Source of the DNA: Phoronis australis
Lineage: Eukaryota > Animalia > Phoronida
Length of the DNA stretch: 64,000 bases
Reading direction: 5' to 3'
Assembly: GCA_002633005.1 (NCBI GenBank)
Contig: NMRA01000504.1
Location: forward strand, 25,571-89,570
Both the position numbers and the translations under genes were made by a program. This document shows positions 27,101-37,700 of this stretch, piece by piece. The notes beneath the pieces were generated by a model, which saw only the letters and a program-made list of their open reading frames with translations, was not told the DNA's origin and searched no databases. Each line of letters starts with the position of its first letter. The stretch's first letter is position 1.

Positions 27101-30100
27101 CCACGACGACTATAAGCAGCTTGTCGAGGTTGACAGGCTGAGTAATCAGTGACACGTCGTCGTTTGAAAAGACGCTGAACGGTAGGAACTAGTAAAGAAA
27201 AAAAGTTCTGAATCATAACTCGGTGCCAAACAGCCACGCATTTCTTTCGTGATGTTTAGCCCATACAAAATTACTGAGACAAGGGCGGATGTTACTTTTA
27301 TTCAGTTCGTTTTCATATTGAAAAATAGTTTATATGACGCACTCGCCTTCGTTAACCTTAAAGCGGTTTTAAACCCACGTTCCGACGAAGAAAGAAACTT
27401 TTGATTTAGAACGCCTGTTGCTATGATTAGTCTGAACTTCTTCCTTAGTAGGAAAGGATTTTTGGACTTGCAAAATTACTGACAGTGCTCGGAAAACAAA
27501 ATGACTCACCGTGACACATGAACTTGTAGAGTCTGGTCTCGAGAGCAACAACGACCTGTTATTTATTATCTCAGAAAGGAACAGGTTGGAGCCAATTATC
27601 AGTAATTACTTTACATCAAGAGGCTAAGTGGCTGTTGTGACGGAAGGCGGGTTTCTTGACGTTTAAAAAAGACGTTTAAAAAAGCAGTAATCCACTTACA
27701 TCTACGTCTTTGACGCCGAATTCTTTTATTAGCTCTATTATTGCAAACGTCACAAGTGTGGCAAACGTCATCGGAATGGAAAAGCAGGATTTCTGAATCT
27801 TTATCTTGCAGGCGATCACACCTAGATAGTAACAGATGAGACTGGACGCCATTTGTAGGATCAGCAGTAACCACGGAGAGCCACTGCATGCGGAAGTGGT
27901 GGCCAGTTGCTCAAAAGTTGAGGCGTTGATTTTTCCGACGAGGTAGAGATAAAGTAGGGTGAGGCCAACTACAACCACGATTTTCCAAAGACTTAATATC
28001 AGATAAAGTTTTGTGCGGCATCTATGAATGCGCTTCTTTAAGTCGACGAATGTTTTGCCAAACGTCCCCTTGGTGTCCTTGTCAACAAAGTTTTCCCACC
28101 AATTCAACGAAATTAGGAGAAGGGACATCGGAATGCTCCATGCGGTGTGGGGGTCTACAATATTCAGTTTCAAATCTGGTTTAAGGTTACTTTCAGTGGC
28201 GTATCCTAGTGGCCAAAGCAGAAGAATCGAAAGCTGAATGATGACTGCAAGTACGTCAATCAATATCTTCAGCGGACGATGCTTCTCGCGTTTTGGACGA
28301 TGAGGCAAATTCATTAAGCTGGGGATGAGAGCGACACCTGTTGTCAGCATGAGCGCACGCAGTGCGTCTAGTTTCGCCATCACGTTGACCACGAACAGAC
28401 AGACACCTACTGACTGCAAAGTTTCGATGACGAGCGCCTGAAAATAAAAAAAAAAAACATGACATTCCTCTCATAAAGTTACGTTTGTGTGTTATTAGAG
28501 ACGAGGGACGATTTTATTGCTGAAATAGTAAAATTGCAATAAAAGGGGGAAGGTAGAATCCGACGCAACTTTATCTAATCAATAGCCACCGTACACAATG
28601 ACACGTTGAATCTTATAATAGAAGACAGCGGTGCGGTGCAGTTTTAGCGACCATATCTTATTGGTATACCTGAATCACGGTAACACATGACAAGACAAAA
28701 CAACTGTGGACACTAATTTCGTTCAACAAAATCGCTACAATTTCCAGAAATACACTTTTTCAAGGGACCGCCATGGAGACTGATTGCACCACAGTCCCAA
28801 GACTTACATTGTCCTTTCTCGTGATTCGAGTTTCAGAATCCGATATTGGATTCGTTTCTTTATTACGATAAGAAAAGGGATGGTCAAATTGAGACTTGTT
28901 CTTTATAAGTTTTCTTTGATTTTTTTAAGTCTAAGACAGCGTTCTGATAGGAAAATGTCCTCTTCTGCCTTTTTCATTTAAGGTGAGTGGATCCAAATAT
29001 TTCACGTTCTTTCTTTCATTGGCCGGGACCAATCAAAACGAAGATATTTGCATACGTTCAACATCTCGCAGGCACACGAGAACGATAAACAATGAAAACT
29101 TGTTTTATGGTCTCCACGCATGATTTTGAAAATGAATTGTACTTTCAGCTCTCGCTTTGCCCATAGGGAATAGAATTTTCAATGTGTGTGTATATTTCGA
29201 AATGGGTTTTCTAGTACCAGATAATTCAGATTACCGGTCTGATATGACCTGGATATCAGTTATTTGCACGAGTACTACAACCGATTCTTCCATTTCGTCT
29301 GACATTCAACTTACGACAAAAAATATCTTGCAGTCTGGTCTTCGGGTTTTTTTGAAGCAGACCTTCCATAAATTTGACAAGCACATCCAAACATGGGGTG
29401 CCACGATGCACAGGAGAAGTGCCAAAAGCCATCGCATCTGTTCACATTTTGGGACTTTCTCCGAGTCCGGATCATTGTTTCTGACTATTTCACACGCTTC
29501 GTTGTTCGTTGAAACCGTCACGGAGCAGTTGGTGATCCTGTCTCGCAGGTTGCCAGCAATTAGCAAGATTGATAGCTTGCTCGAGACAGCGCCCCCAAGC
29601 ACCAGGATGAAAGTTAGGACACAGTACAGCACTTTGAAAAGTTTCCGCAAGGTGGCGAAACACGTGGTCTCGCCCTGGTGGATGTTGTCCGTGGTCGATT
29701 CCGTGAAGACGTCCCACGGTCCAGTTTTCCTGAATTCTTCTCCACCACCATCGTCAGTGTCTTCTTTGTTTTCATTTTTTACGTTTTCTTGCTCTTCGTC
29801 TTTCGGACTCCTTAGGAGTGAAAGTATATTTTATTAATACATTGTACATCTTTTCAAAAAGTTTACGTTCCAAATCCCCCGGTAGCGCAATCATTATCAA
29901 TAGTCCTACAACGCACACATTGTGCAGCAGAAACGAACACTCGACCATAAGGAAATATGGGTAAAAATGGTGTATAATAATGCCTTTTTATGTAATAATA
30001 ATAATAATTGGAATTTCCTGATATACAACAGCCATCTTCACTCATTCCGAGTTAACAATGCCTTAGTTGTTGGCACAACTGTACCTTTTGTTATACAGCT

Positions 30101-33100
30101 TTTTGTACTTGCTCGTAGTGTCTATACAATCTCATATCTTCAGGCGTGCAGTTATGAAATAAAACACCAAGAGACATGACGGACAAACAAATGAATAGTT
30201 GCTATAGTTCGAGACAACATTTCTCATCATCAGGCGATAGTTGATATGAACGCGGAAGCGAAATAAACAGCGAAATAAACGGCGAGAGCAAGGAAAAGGG
30301 CATGCAAGCAGGGAGTGTGGGTGTATCACACAGTCGGTAGGAACACAGCCAGCGTGCGGTACACATCTGTAAGCAGCTCATTCAGCGCAGTATTTCAAAA
30401 CGAAATGTAACATTTTCTACATAGCGAATGGTGGTATTGTCTGCTATTTCATTCCTAGATAGTTTCTGCCATGTTGGTGTAAAAATGATCTTGAATGGAC
30501 CCGCCTTGGTGTTTTGCTTCATAATTGCACGCCTGTATAGAGAATACGCTCAGCAAGCGATTATTAGCGCTGTCTAACAAAAAGTACAGTCGGTCTGCTA
30601 CCGAACTATACTGAATTAGAAGTGAATAAATTAAGCCCCGGCTTGGTATAGATACACTGCAGGGTTAATTTGTCAACGGGAATCAACACCTTCGATGCAT
30701 TGTTCGAACAAATGAAATCGTCTATAACTTGACTAACCTCTCACAATCCTTTGTAGGGTCGTCCTCGGCCTCGTAACTGAAAATAAACACTGCTCGTGTA
30801 TAGTTGTGGCCTAGTACACACAGTAACTATACTCGAATAACAATTACTGCCGACCCAAAGCCATGCATAAGACTAACCTACTTAGGATCTTTGGAACATC
30901 ACATCACAGCGATGGCCGACATTATCAGAATCATATGAAGACGCTGTTAGACTTTTGCATGAGGGGCAACAAAATAGAACTTAAATACTTTTTTTTCTGG
31001 AATGATCTATAATTACGCAAAACAAAAACGAGATGATACTTTAGAAAATTATAACAACGTTTTGGCAACATATCTTAATTGAATATTCATATCAAATACA
31101 ATTTGTGATACTGTTGTTTTGTCATCAATTTACATTCTTTTTGCTAAGCTTTAATAAAAAGACAAATTCAGTCGCCGCGCTAGCAAGAGAAATTCCCCTA
31201 TCTAATTAATTGTAATTTGAATGACTACGGAACTTCTAAGTTGTTTAAACGTTTCAAATCACATCAGAGATTAATTAGTCTGATCTGAAGCATTAACGGC
31301 ACGTCGTTTTTCCCAAGCCTGGAGATTTTTTCCAATCTTAGCAATTTTAAAAGATGAAACCGATTTTATTATCACAACAGCGCATCACACATTAGGTCAA
31401 CTGAAACCCGCGCATAGCAAACGATATTGACGCGTTGGTGGCACACTGCACGCTTTGGTAACTCAGTGATAGAAATACTAAGCATGATAATTAAACCTAC
31501 TCAGAAAGTCGGACGAGGATTGTTTAAAACCTCAGCTCGGGAAAGCACAGAAAAACATCACATCCATGTGATCCAACATACCATTCGTAAATTGGTTGGT
31601 TCCACAAATCCATTCTCATCGTTCACTAACGTTTTTAATACACGACATCCCCCAAGTTCCTCTGGGTCACATATGTCAACACGCAACGACCAAAAGTTAC
31701 GTTTAATATTGCGGAAGTTTATTGTTAATACGGTCGCCCCCATCTCCGGCTAGCCACGAGCTTTTCCTGTCTCGGCAGAACACCATGTTGCGCTAGTCCT
31801 CTGTTACTGTCCTTAATGAGCTATACCAGGTATATACCAGGTATAGCTCCTTGGTTTCCTATGGCTATGATATGATGAAAAGCGCTAATGGCTAGAATCC
31901 AATACGATTATGTAATTTTGTGGTTGTGAAAAATACACGGTGTGAACGGAAAAGTTATACAGAACGACATTTTCATATAGAATCCAGTTTAAGGCCGAGT
32001 ATCAAGTTTTTATTGATTTAAGCTTTTGTCTAGGAACCACTCTTGTATTGTTTCTAAGCTTTAGTGAGGTTCGTGAACGAATTTGGTACACAGTTCTTTT
32101 CCGTTTTGTCATCGGTCGCTGATTGGTGAGAACGTAAAAGGAGCGTATTATTCCTAAACTTCCGTATTTCGGTTGCGGTCGTTCGTTTACACAGCAGAAA
32201 TAATTAATTCATTTGTTTACAACAAAGACCAGTTCGCCTATCGGAAATGACGACACAAATGGGAACGTGTTACTGAACACGGCGCACTACTACGTATGAG
32301 TGTGACTATAAGTTTTGCCAAGCATAACTTGAACCGGTAGGGTCAACATATTTCAACTCAAAGAAGTCGGATTCGTAAGGTCGTCATTTAATATTCATTC
32401 TATCGCATAACATGGATTCGCTTCCTCAAGTAACGAGTGACTAAGATCTCAACCTACGTACGTTACTCAAAAATTCGGTTGCTTTTGTTCACTGTCATAG
32501 CTAAAAGTCACTTGTGCAAATGACGTCATGGTCTGAACTTGAAACAAGGAGTGTACCACAGACACTCCTTGCTTGAAGCATCATATGTAGTTGCAATGAT
32601 TGTCAATAGAAGGCGCTAGTTATGTTCATTTCTCGCGCACTGGTTAGGCAGCGGACAGTAAACTCAGAGTGTAGCTGGAAAACTAGAACGGGCCTATCCA
32701 CCCACTTAGAGAGTGGACACGAAAAAAATGGACTCACTAGTGGGGAGCTCCAAACCACCACAGTTTTGTCAGCTTTAATTTCATAAACCTAAACCTTTCT
32801 TGGTTTATTACTGAATGTTTGTTAAGCCCAAAACAGTACAAAAAGAAATTCCATGTTGTCAAAAATGAGTATAGCAACAAATATTTTTATAGCGTAGATA
32901 ATAGTGAAAACCCTGATGAAGTCTTGTTCAGTTCAGTGAAATAAATGTACCTTCTGTAGAGCTACAAATTCCTAAACCGTCGAAACAGGCACGCTTTCGT
33001 AGGGAAACCTGTCTTGGAAACACCTACGAGAATTCCCTTCCCCAAAGTGGTAGTCCCACGAGAACTCACCCCGCGTTCACTTGTCCGTTGGTCATATTTT

Positions 33101-33188
33101 GCCACTGTTGACCAAGCAAGCGCGTCACAGTGTTGTTTGCTAGTAGTCTATCTGTACTAAACTTCAACCCGTCTGAATTCAAAGGCAT
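14218..33188 (-). CDS. CHS: Chitin synthase paralog B, complete (18 coding exons, ~1590 aa, glycosyltransferase family 2)
   Basis: All exons have GT-AG boundaries and the phases sum to one open frame of 4773 nt. Motifs: CATMWHE, IFFDDAF, RHRKRWSQVMYMYYFLG, LALDGDVDF, CGRIHP, FEYAIGHW, GCVLCSPGCFSLFR, QYDQGEDRW, QRRRW, SWGTRE. Confidence 0.95.
15497..16781. mobile_element. Foldback-like element with long, internally repetitive inverted arms in CHS-B intron 17
   Basis: Left end gtgttcttttgagaa...cactcgtcatac matches the reverse complement of right end gtatgacgagtg...ttctcaaatgaacac. CGCCAGGTG repeats on the left are mirrored by CACCTGGCG on the right. Confidence 0.65.
17820..18028 (-). CDS. 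CHS: CHS-B exon 17
   Basis: EARFWKELIDKYLYPL...LIELRNK|gtagg. Confidence 0.9.
18430..18623 (-). CDS. CHS: CHS-B exon 16
   Basis: ctacag|ATGTCTCTGTTGTCCC (RCLCCP) ... CCAG|gtagc; phases 2-1 fit both neighbours. Confidence 0.82.
18779..19221 (-). CDS. CHS: CHS-B exon 15
   Basis: AAFLHPQEF...PCMYLLLIIYSLCNLHVVSWGTRE. Confidence 0.93.
20199..20365 (-). CDS. CHS: CHS-B exon 14
   Basis: LIGPGTIFMMIVGA motif; GT-AG boundaries. Confidence 0.9.
20890..21117 (-). CDS. CHS: CHS-B exon 13 (catalytic EDR and QRRRW)
   Basis: GEDRWLCTLLLQQGY...FFNQRRRWTPSTMAN. Confidence 0.95.
22155..22355 (-). CDS. CHS: CHS-B exon 12
   Basis: GPMVWYQRFEYAIGHWFQKATEHVIGCVLCSPGCFSLFR...QYDQ. Confidence 0.95.
22517..22781. 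mobile_element. MITE family copy 1 (CHS-B intron 11)
   Basis: cgcagcccagggg...gggctcgaa ... ttcgagcccccc...ggctgggtgcgcgcatg; internal AAACGAGAC shared with copies 2 and 3. Confidence 0.7.
22966..23179 (-). CDS. CHS: CHS-B exon 11
   Basis: VMYMYYFLG...LALDGDVDF...AACGRIHPIGS. Confidence 0.95.
23374..23527 (-). CDS. CHS: CHS-B exon 10
   Basis: TPYGGRLEWKLPG...HLKDKVLIRHRKRWSQ. Confidence 0.93.
23710..23818 (-). CDS. CHS: CHS-B exon 9 (absent from the ORF track)
   Basis: GHIFFDDAFEPHAEGEEPGEVNQFVKKLVRVIDIAA. Confidence 0.9.
24095..24350. mobile_element. MITE family copy 2 (CHS-B intron 8)
   Basis: catgcgcccacccag ... ctatgtgtgctcatg TIRs; tacat on both flanks. Confidence 0.7.
25149..25370. 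mobile_element. MITE family copy 3 (CHS-B intron 8, next to the donor site)
   Basis: catgggcgcacccag ... ctggatgcgcgcatg TIRs; flanked by a GATATT direct repeat. Confidence 0.72.
25380..25459 (-). CDS. CHS: CHS-B exon 8 (absent from the ORF track)
   Basis: MDVDQSARRLAQDQFEIIDPDYYEFE. Confidence 0.9.
25938..26110 (-). CDS. CHS: CHS-B exon 7
   Basis: IYVCATMWHETENEM motif. Confidence 0.93.
26518..26614 (-). CDS. CHS: CHS-B exon 6
   Basis: LFVRPFYSALFLDQSMVYNRRRND. Confidence 0.88.
27022..27188 (-). CDS. CHS: CHS-B exon 5
   Basis: VWMLSQIWLTKHIWFPTAERLAKT. Confidence 0.88.
27700..28437 (-). CDS. CHS: CHS-B exon 4
   Basis: ALVIETLQSVG...LISLNWWENFVD...ACKIKIQKSCFSIPM. Confidence 0.92.
29315..29810 (-). 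CDS. CHS: CHS-B exon 3
   Basis: ctaag|GAGTCCG...; KTGPWDVF...LVLGGAVSSKLSILLIA; ends TTTGTC|gtaagt. Confidence 0.88.
30738..30776 (-). CDS. CHS: CHS-B exon 2 (39-nt micro-exon)
   Basis: ttttcag|TTACGAG...TGTGAGAG|gttag; phase 2-2; YEAEDDPTKDCE. Confidence 0.72.
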
Positions 33189-33193
33189 GAATC
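33070..33193 (-). CDS. CHS: CHS-B first recognisable exon (in-frame ATGs at 33188 and 33095)
   Basis: tttacag|GATTCATG...GCGGG|gtgag; MPLNSDGLKFSTDRLLANNTVTRLLGQQWQNMTNGQVNA. Confidence 0.72.
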
Positions 33194-34504
33194 CTGTAAA
33201 TAAATAGAAAATTGTAGTTCTTGTCTCGAAAGCGAAAAGTTTACTATTACATCAAACTAATAAAAGGGTGTGTGCATAAACGTATACAAGTTGCGAAAGA
33301 CGGCTGCTTTCTTCCTACCAAGCCAATGAAAATGCATAGGCACTCGGAGACTTCAAATATTCCAAAATATAAATCGCAACCTTTTTGGTAGCGTACAAAA
33401 GCAATGTAACAGATCTAAAACAAATTAATGGCTTCATTAAGTACATGTAGATAATAAATGAACTCGTAATGGCGCTTCAAATGAGAGTCGCCCGAAAATT
33501 GTGCTTAAATAGGACAAGTCTAAATCGCTAAATGTGGCGAATCTGGTCGAGAAAGCTCTCAATTAACTGCGCCGGTCTATGACGTGACGTTTGAGACACT
33601 ATGACGCCGTACTAAAGAAGCACCTTTATTATTATATATCGTGAATTTGAAATTTAAGTCACGCTATCTTGCTTCACGTAAAAACGCAAAGGCAGGTTAA
33701 ATTGCAGGCCGTTCTTTATCAGTCCTTTCGTTTTGTTTTGTCTTCAAATTACATTAAATAAGAATAAACAATGCAATAAAATGCAAATGAACTCAATTGT
33801 ATGTAATAGCGTATTTTGTAGAAATACAACACCTGTTTCCTTTCAAAGCAGTTGTTATTTAATAAAGTTGCTAATTAGCAAAAAGGACTTACCATGAAAC
33901 AAATTACTTGTGTCAGTACAATAAACCTCAAATATGAGACCAACCCTTTTATCATGTCTCACTTTAAAGTTATCAGGTGCGAAGGGTCAGGCTGGATAGA
34001 ATTTAATGCGACAATATGCCTCTTCTGTGACAGAAGCACCCTTGTGACATTTATCTCTGATTTATCGTATCCTTGTGTGACGCTTGTAAATATGAAACTG
34101 GAATTCATCCCGGGAACCAAACGAGGACAATAAAATATTTCCAAACGTCACTAGATTCGCTTATCAAAATCAAAATTTAGCATGGTTGATGTTTGCGCTA
34201 GCCACATTTCTTTTGATAAATGGTAGGTTAGGCAAGCATATGGTGTGTTGGTTCCTAGCGCTATAAATTGCGATAGTGGCCGTCCCAAACAGTTATCAGC
34301 AGAATCCCATAAAATATTTACGTGGAACGTATGATTACCGGTTCACGTTTTATTTGTTTTTTCCATGACGTCATGAGCAGCTCACAGTGTTTATGAACAA
34401 TTGTCAAAACGATCAGAAAATTTTCGTTTTCTATTTTCGATAGAATTTCACAAAATGTTTTTCACAACATTACCGTAGTACAAACCAAGCAGACAATATC
34501 ACTA

Positions 34505-34790
34505 AAATCGATAATAACAATAAACATAACAATTACAGTAACAGTAAATGTAATTATTACTATTACTGTTATTGTTACTGTTATTGCCATTATTACTATT
34601 ATCACTATTGTTACTGTTAAAGTTATTTTATTGTTAGCGGTAGTGGTAATGATAGTCTTAGTGGTAGTGGTAGTGGTATTGTTGTTGTTGTCGTTGTTGT
34701 TGTGTTGTTATGGTTGTCTTTGTCATTGTCATTATCATTAGTACTATTATTATTATTATCACTATCATTATCATGATTATTAGTAGTAGA
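34505..34790. repeat. Degenerate trinucleotide low-complexity tract (AAT/AAC/TTA/TTG/TAG)
   Basis: Visible directly. Confidence 0.85.
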
Positions 34791-37700
34791 AGTATCGTGT
34801 GTTTGATAAACGGTAAGCAATTGATATCTCAGTTCCAACAATTTCAAGAAACCAAGAATCATTTCATATTCTATTGGTGAAAAAAGAAAATTTTAGGCAA
34901 TTTAACAAATTGCTTTTTGTAAACTATCCATATCGCGAGTAATGGGCGAAAGGTTGACAGTACCTGATAGTAAATGATGGATCTTTATCTATAAGTTAAT
35001 TTAAACAGAGACAGCAATCAGTTAAACAAATATGAGTAAGTGCTCGACACGAAAACGTCCACTACAGTTATTTCCTCGTAATTTCAAATTCAAGGTTATA
35101 AACTAGGTCGGTTCTCAAAGCCCGTTTTTATATCGAAACATTTCAGCAGGTTTTGTCGTCATTTTTTCTGGCAAATTGTTACTGCAAAAATACGAACCAC
35201 TAAGAAAATCTAATCTTCACATAACTGCATGCAACCTGAAAGACACAGTGGAGGTACATACGAAAATGCAAGGAGTTGCGGCGATGTATTTGATTTTTTA
35301 AGGGGACAATATTTATTTTATATATTTATGCCCAAAAACGCATGTTTGCGATTATTGCCGTTGGCTGACAAACATTCAATGGAGTCAAAGATATACTGTC
35401 CATAAGGACAGTCCTTTGCCGTGGTGAAGGAAACTGATGCGTGCACTAAATACCACACGTGCGCTTGTAAACACTCTCTCTGCTGTTTTAACATAGAACT
35501 CTAAAACTTTAGTTAGAAACACCAAAAAATATACACCCAAACAATTTTAGTTACAACTTTCTTACCGTATGGTCGTGTTTTCAACATATAACATTATCCC
35601 ATTTTCAATATAAAGTTAACTTAATATTAATATAGAAATGTTTACTATAAATTCTGAATTGATGGTGAAATGCATTAACAAAATTTCCGCCAAAGTTGAG
35701 TGACGCAGAAAAACTTGTTCTTGAATAAGCAAAAGGTGACAGTAAAAGGACAAGTACATGTGCTGGACCGTACTTGATGTGAGTGTTTTCCTTCGATTGA
35801 CGAACACGGTTTACCTGTACGGTCAGAGGTATTTTGTGGCAAGGCTTTTTGCAAATGTCGCTATACGCCCCCTTGACCTAGAAGGAGATACAGTCTTATC
35901 ATTTCCGCCTCCCGTACATTACTGTAAATGGTGGGTTATTAATCTTGACTTCCAACATGTAACGAATTCAAGTAGTGCTTACCTTTGCACCTCGTTATTA
36001 CTCAGGGTCAGTGCTCAAGTAGTGTTTACTTTCGCCAACCCGCGGCGCAACAATTGCCGTCACTAAGTTAACACCCAATGCAGAATAAAACCACGCCTAT
36101 ATACAATTCATTCGGATTTTATGACTGTTGCATTTTATCATTATCATATGAACTCGTAGTGTGAGGCATATTTGTTTGTAGGAATATGTATTTTCACAGG
36201 GGTTCAATTTTGCATAGCCCAAAGAGTGAAGTTATTAGAAATTCAAACTACTGTACCCATAGGAGGAGTTAGTGGTGTCATAGGTAAACTTTTTATCTAG
36301 ACCACCTACCGGTTTCAATTTGATTCTTATTCAGTAGAGAAGTACTTTTGTAGTTTGAAAAGAACTCGCGGTGCAGTCGTTATTAATCGAGACCATGCTG
36401 GCGCATAAAATAACACGCCGTGACAAGCCAATTGCTGCTTGTCGAGCCTGATCCCGAGCAGTAACGAACTGTCAGTTTTTCCAAGCTCTGAAATGATGTC
36501 CAATTTGTTTCGGAACAATTTGAGACCAACTTTGTCAGATTAAGTGACCTGAAATAGTCACTCAAAAAGTTCTGAACATGGAAACTTAGTAAAAAACGTT
36601 TAGCCTCTTCGACGTCATCGTGTTCGCGCTTAGTTTTGTTCTACTTATGCGTATTTGTAAAGAGTCGGATAGACGTGTATTTGAATGCTTATTGTCATTA
36701 AATTAATGCAAGTCGTACGACGCTTGGTTTTCTGGAATTCTGAAAAGAAACGAAGCGCCACCTCTTCATATCCAGGGTTCTTAAGTCTTTTTCAATATCA
36801 GCAGTACTTCAGAAAACGGTGTTTTCACTCTGTTATCGATTTTGTATTTGCTTAGATCACACGTCAGTATTCAGTTTAAAGTCTCAATAATTTGAAGTTT
36901 GAAACTTGACCTTTTTAAAGATTGAGTATTTGTGGGATATCTGCAGTGGAGTGTGGAACATCGGTCAGCCAAGCAGAATGCAACCAAGATATGAAAACAG
37001 AGAAGATACACATACTTACATATATATTTCCAGCTAACTGTTGACGAAGAGCATTATTATTTCACAATTCTGTAACAATGGAAAATGCTATCTTTCACCT
37101 TAGGGTTTTGTAAGTTCCTGGACAAATGTCTAAATTTGGCTAACTTCGGAATATTGTATCTCAGAAACGGCTGACGAGACTTATTTGAGACTGTTATTTA
37201 TGATGCTTTGTACACTTATCTTCAAAAGCCTGATAGGAATTGGTTTTGTAGTGTTCCACTTTTGTATGAGGGACTATCAAAATGGGACTTTTATGATTTT
37301 CATGAGAATAAAATAAAAACGAAACGATATTTTGGAAAAACATAACGGTATTTTTGATATCTCACCTTGAACATTTATATCAAATAAAATTAATCATTTT
37401 TCTGATACCATTGTGTTGCTGTCCACGTACATTTGGTTTTTTAATAAATTTTAATTAAAAGCCAAGGTCATGTGACTTCGGTTACAATAGATTGGTGAAA
37501 AGTCAGAAAATCAAATTCTACAGGTTTTCTACTTTCAGAGAATATGTACCTTTACCGACCTACAATCTATAGTTTTGTAGATATTTGTCCAATTACGCAG
37601 ACCTGTCATTACGGTCTTGCATATAACATTAGGTCCTACTTAACCCTAAGGTTATTTTGGACCCTCAGAAAAAATGTCCAAGTCTGGCTTTTTTCGGAAC

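Noticed and set aside
29157-29837. 226-aa plus-strand ORF (also 2076-2498)
   Set aside because: Antisense shadow of CHS exon 3; no independent motifs or splice support.
33893-34010. Candidate upstream coding exon of CHS-B (donor CATG|gtaagt at 33893)
   Set aside because: The frame needed to join 33193 has a stop just after the nearest acceptor and no ATG, and the ATG-containing frame is out of phase. It could be a UTR exon but is unsupported.
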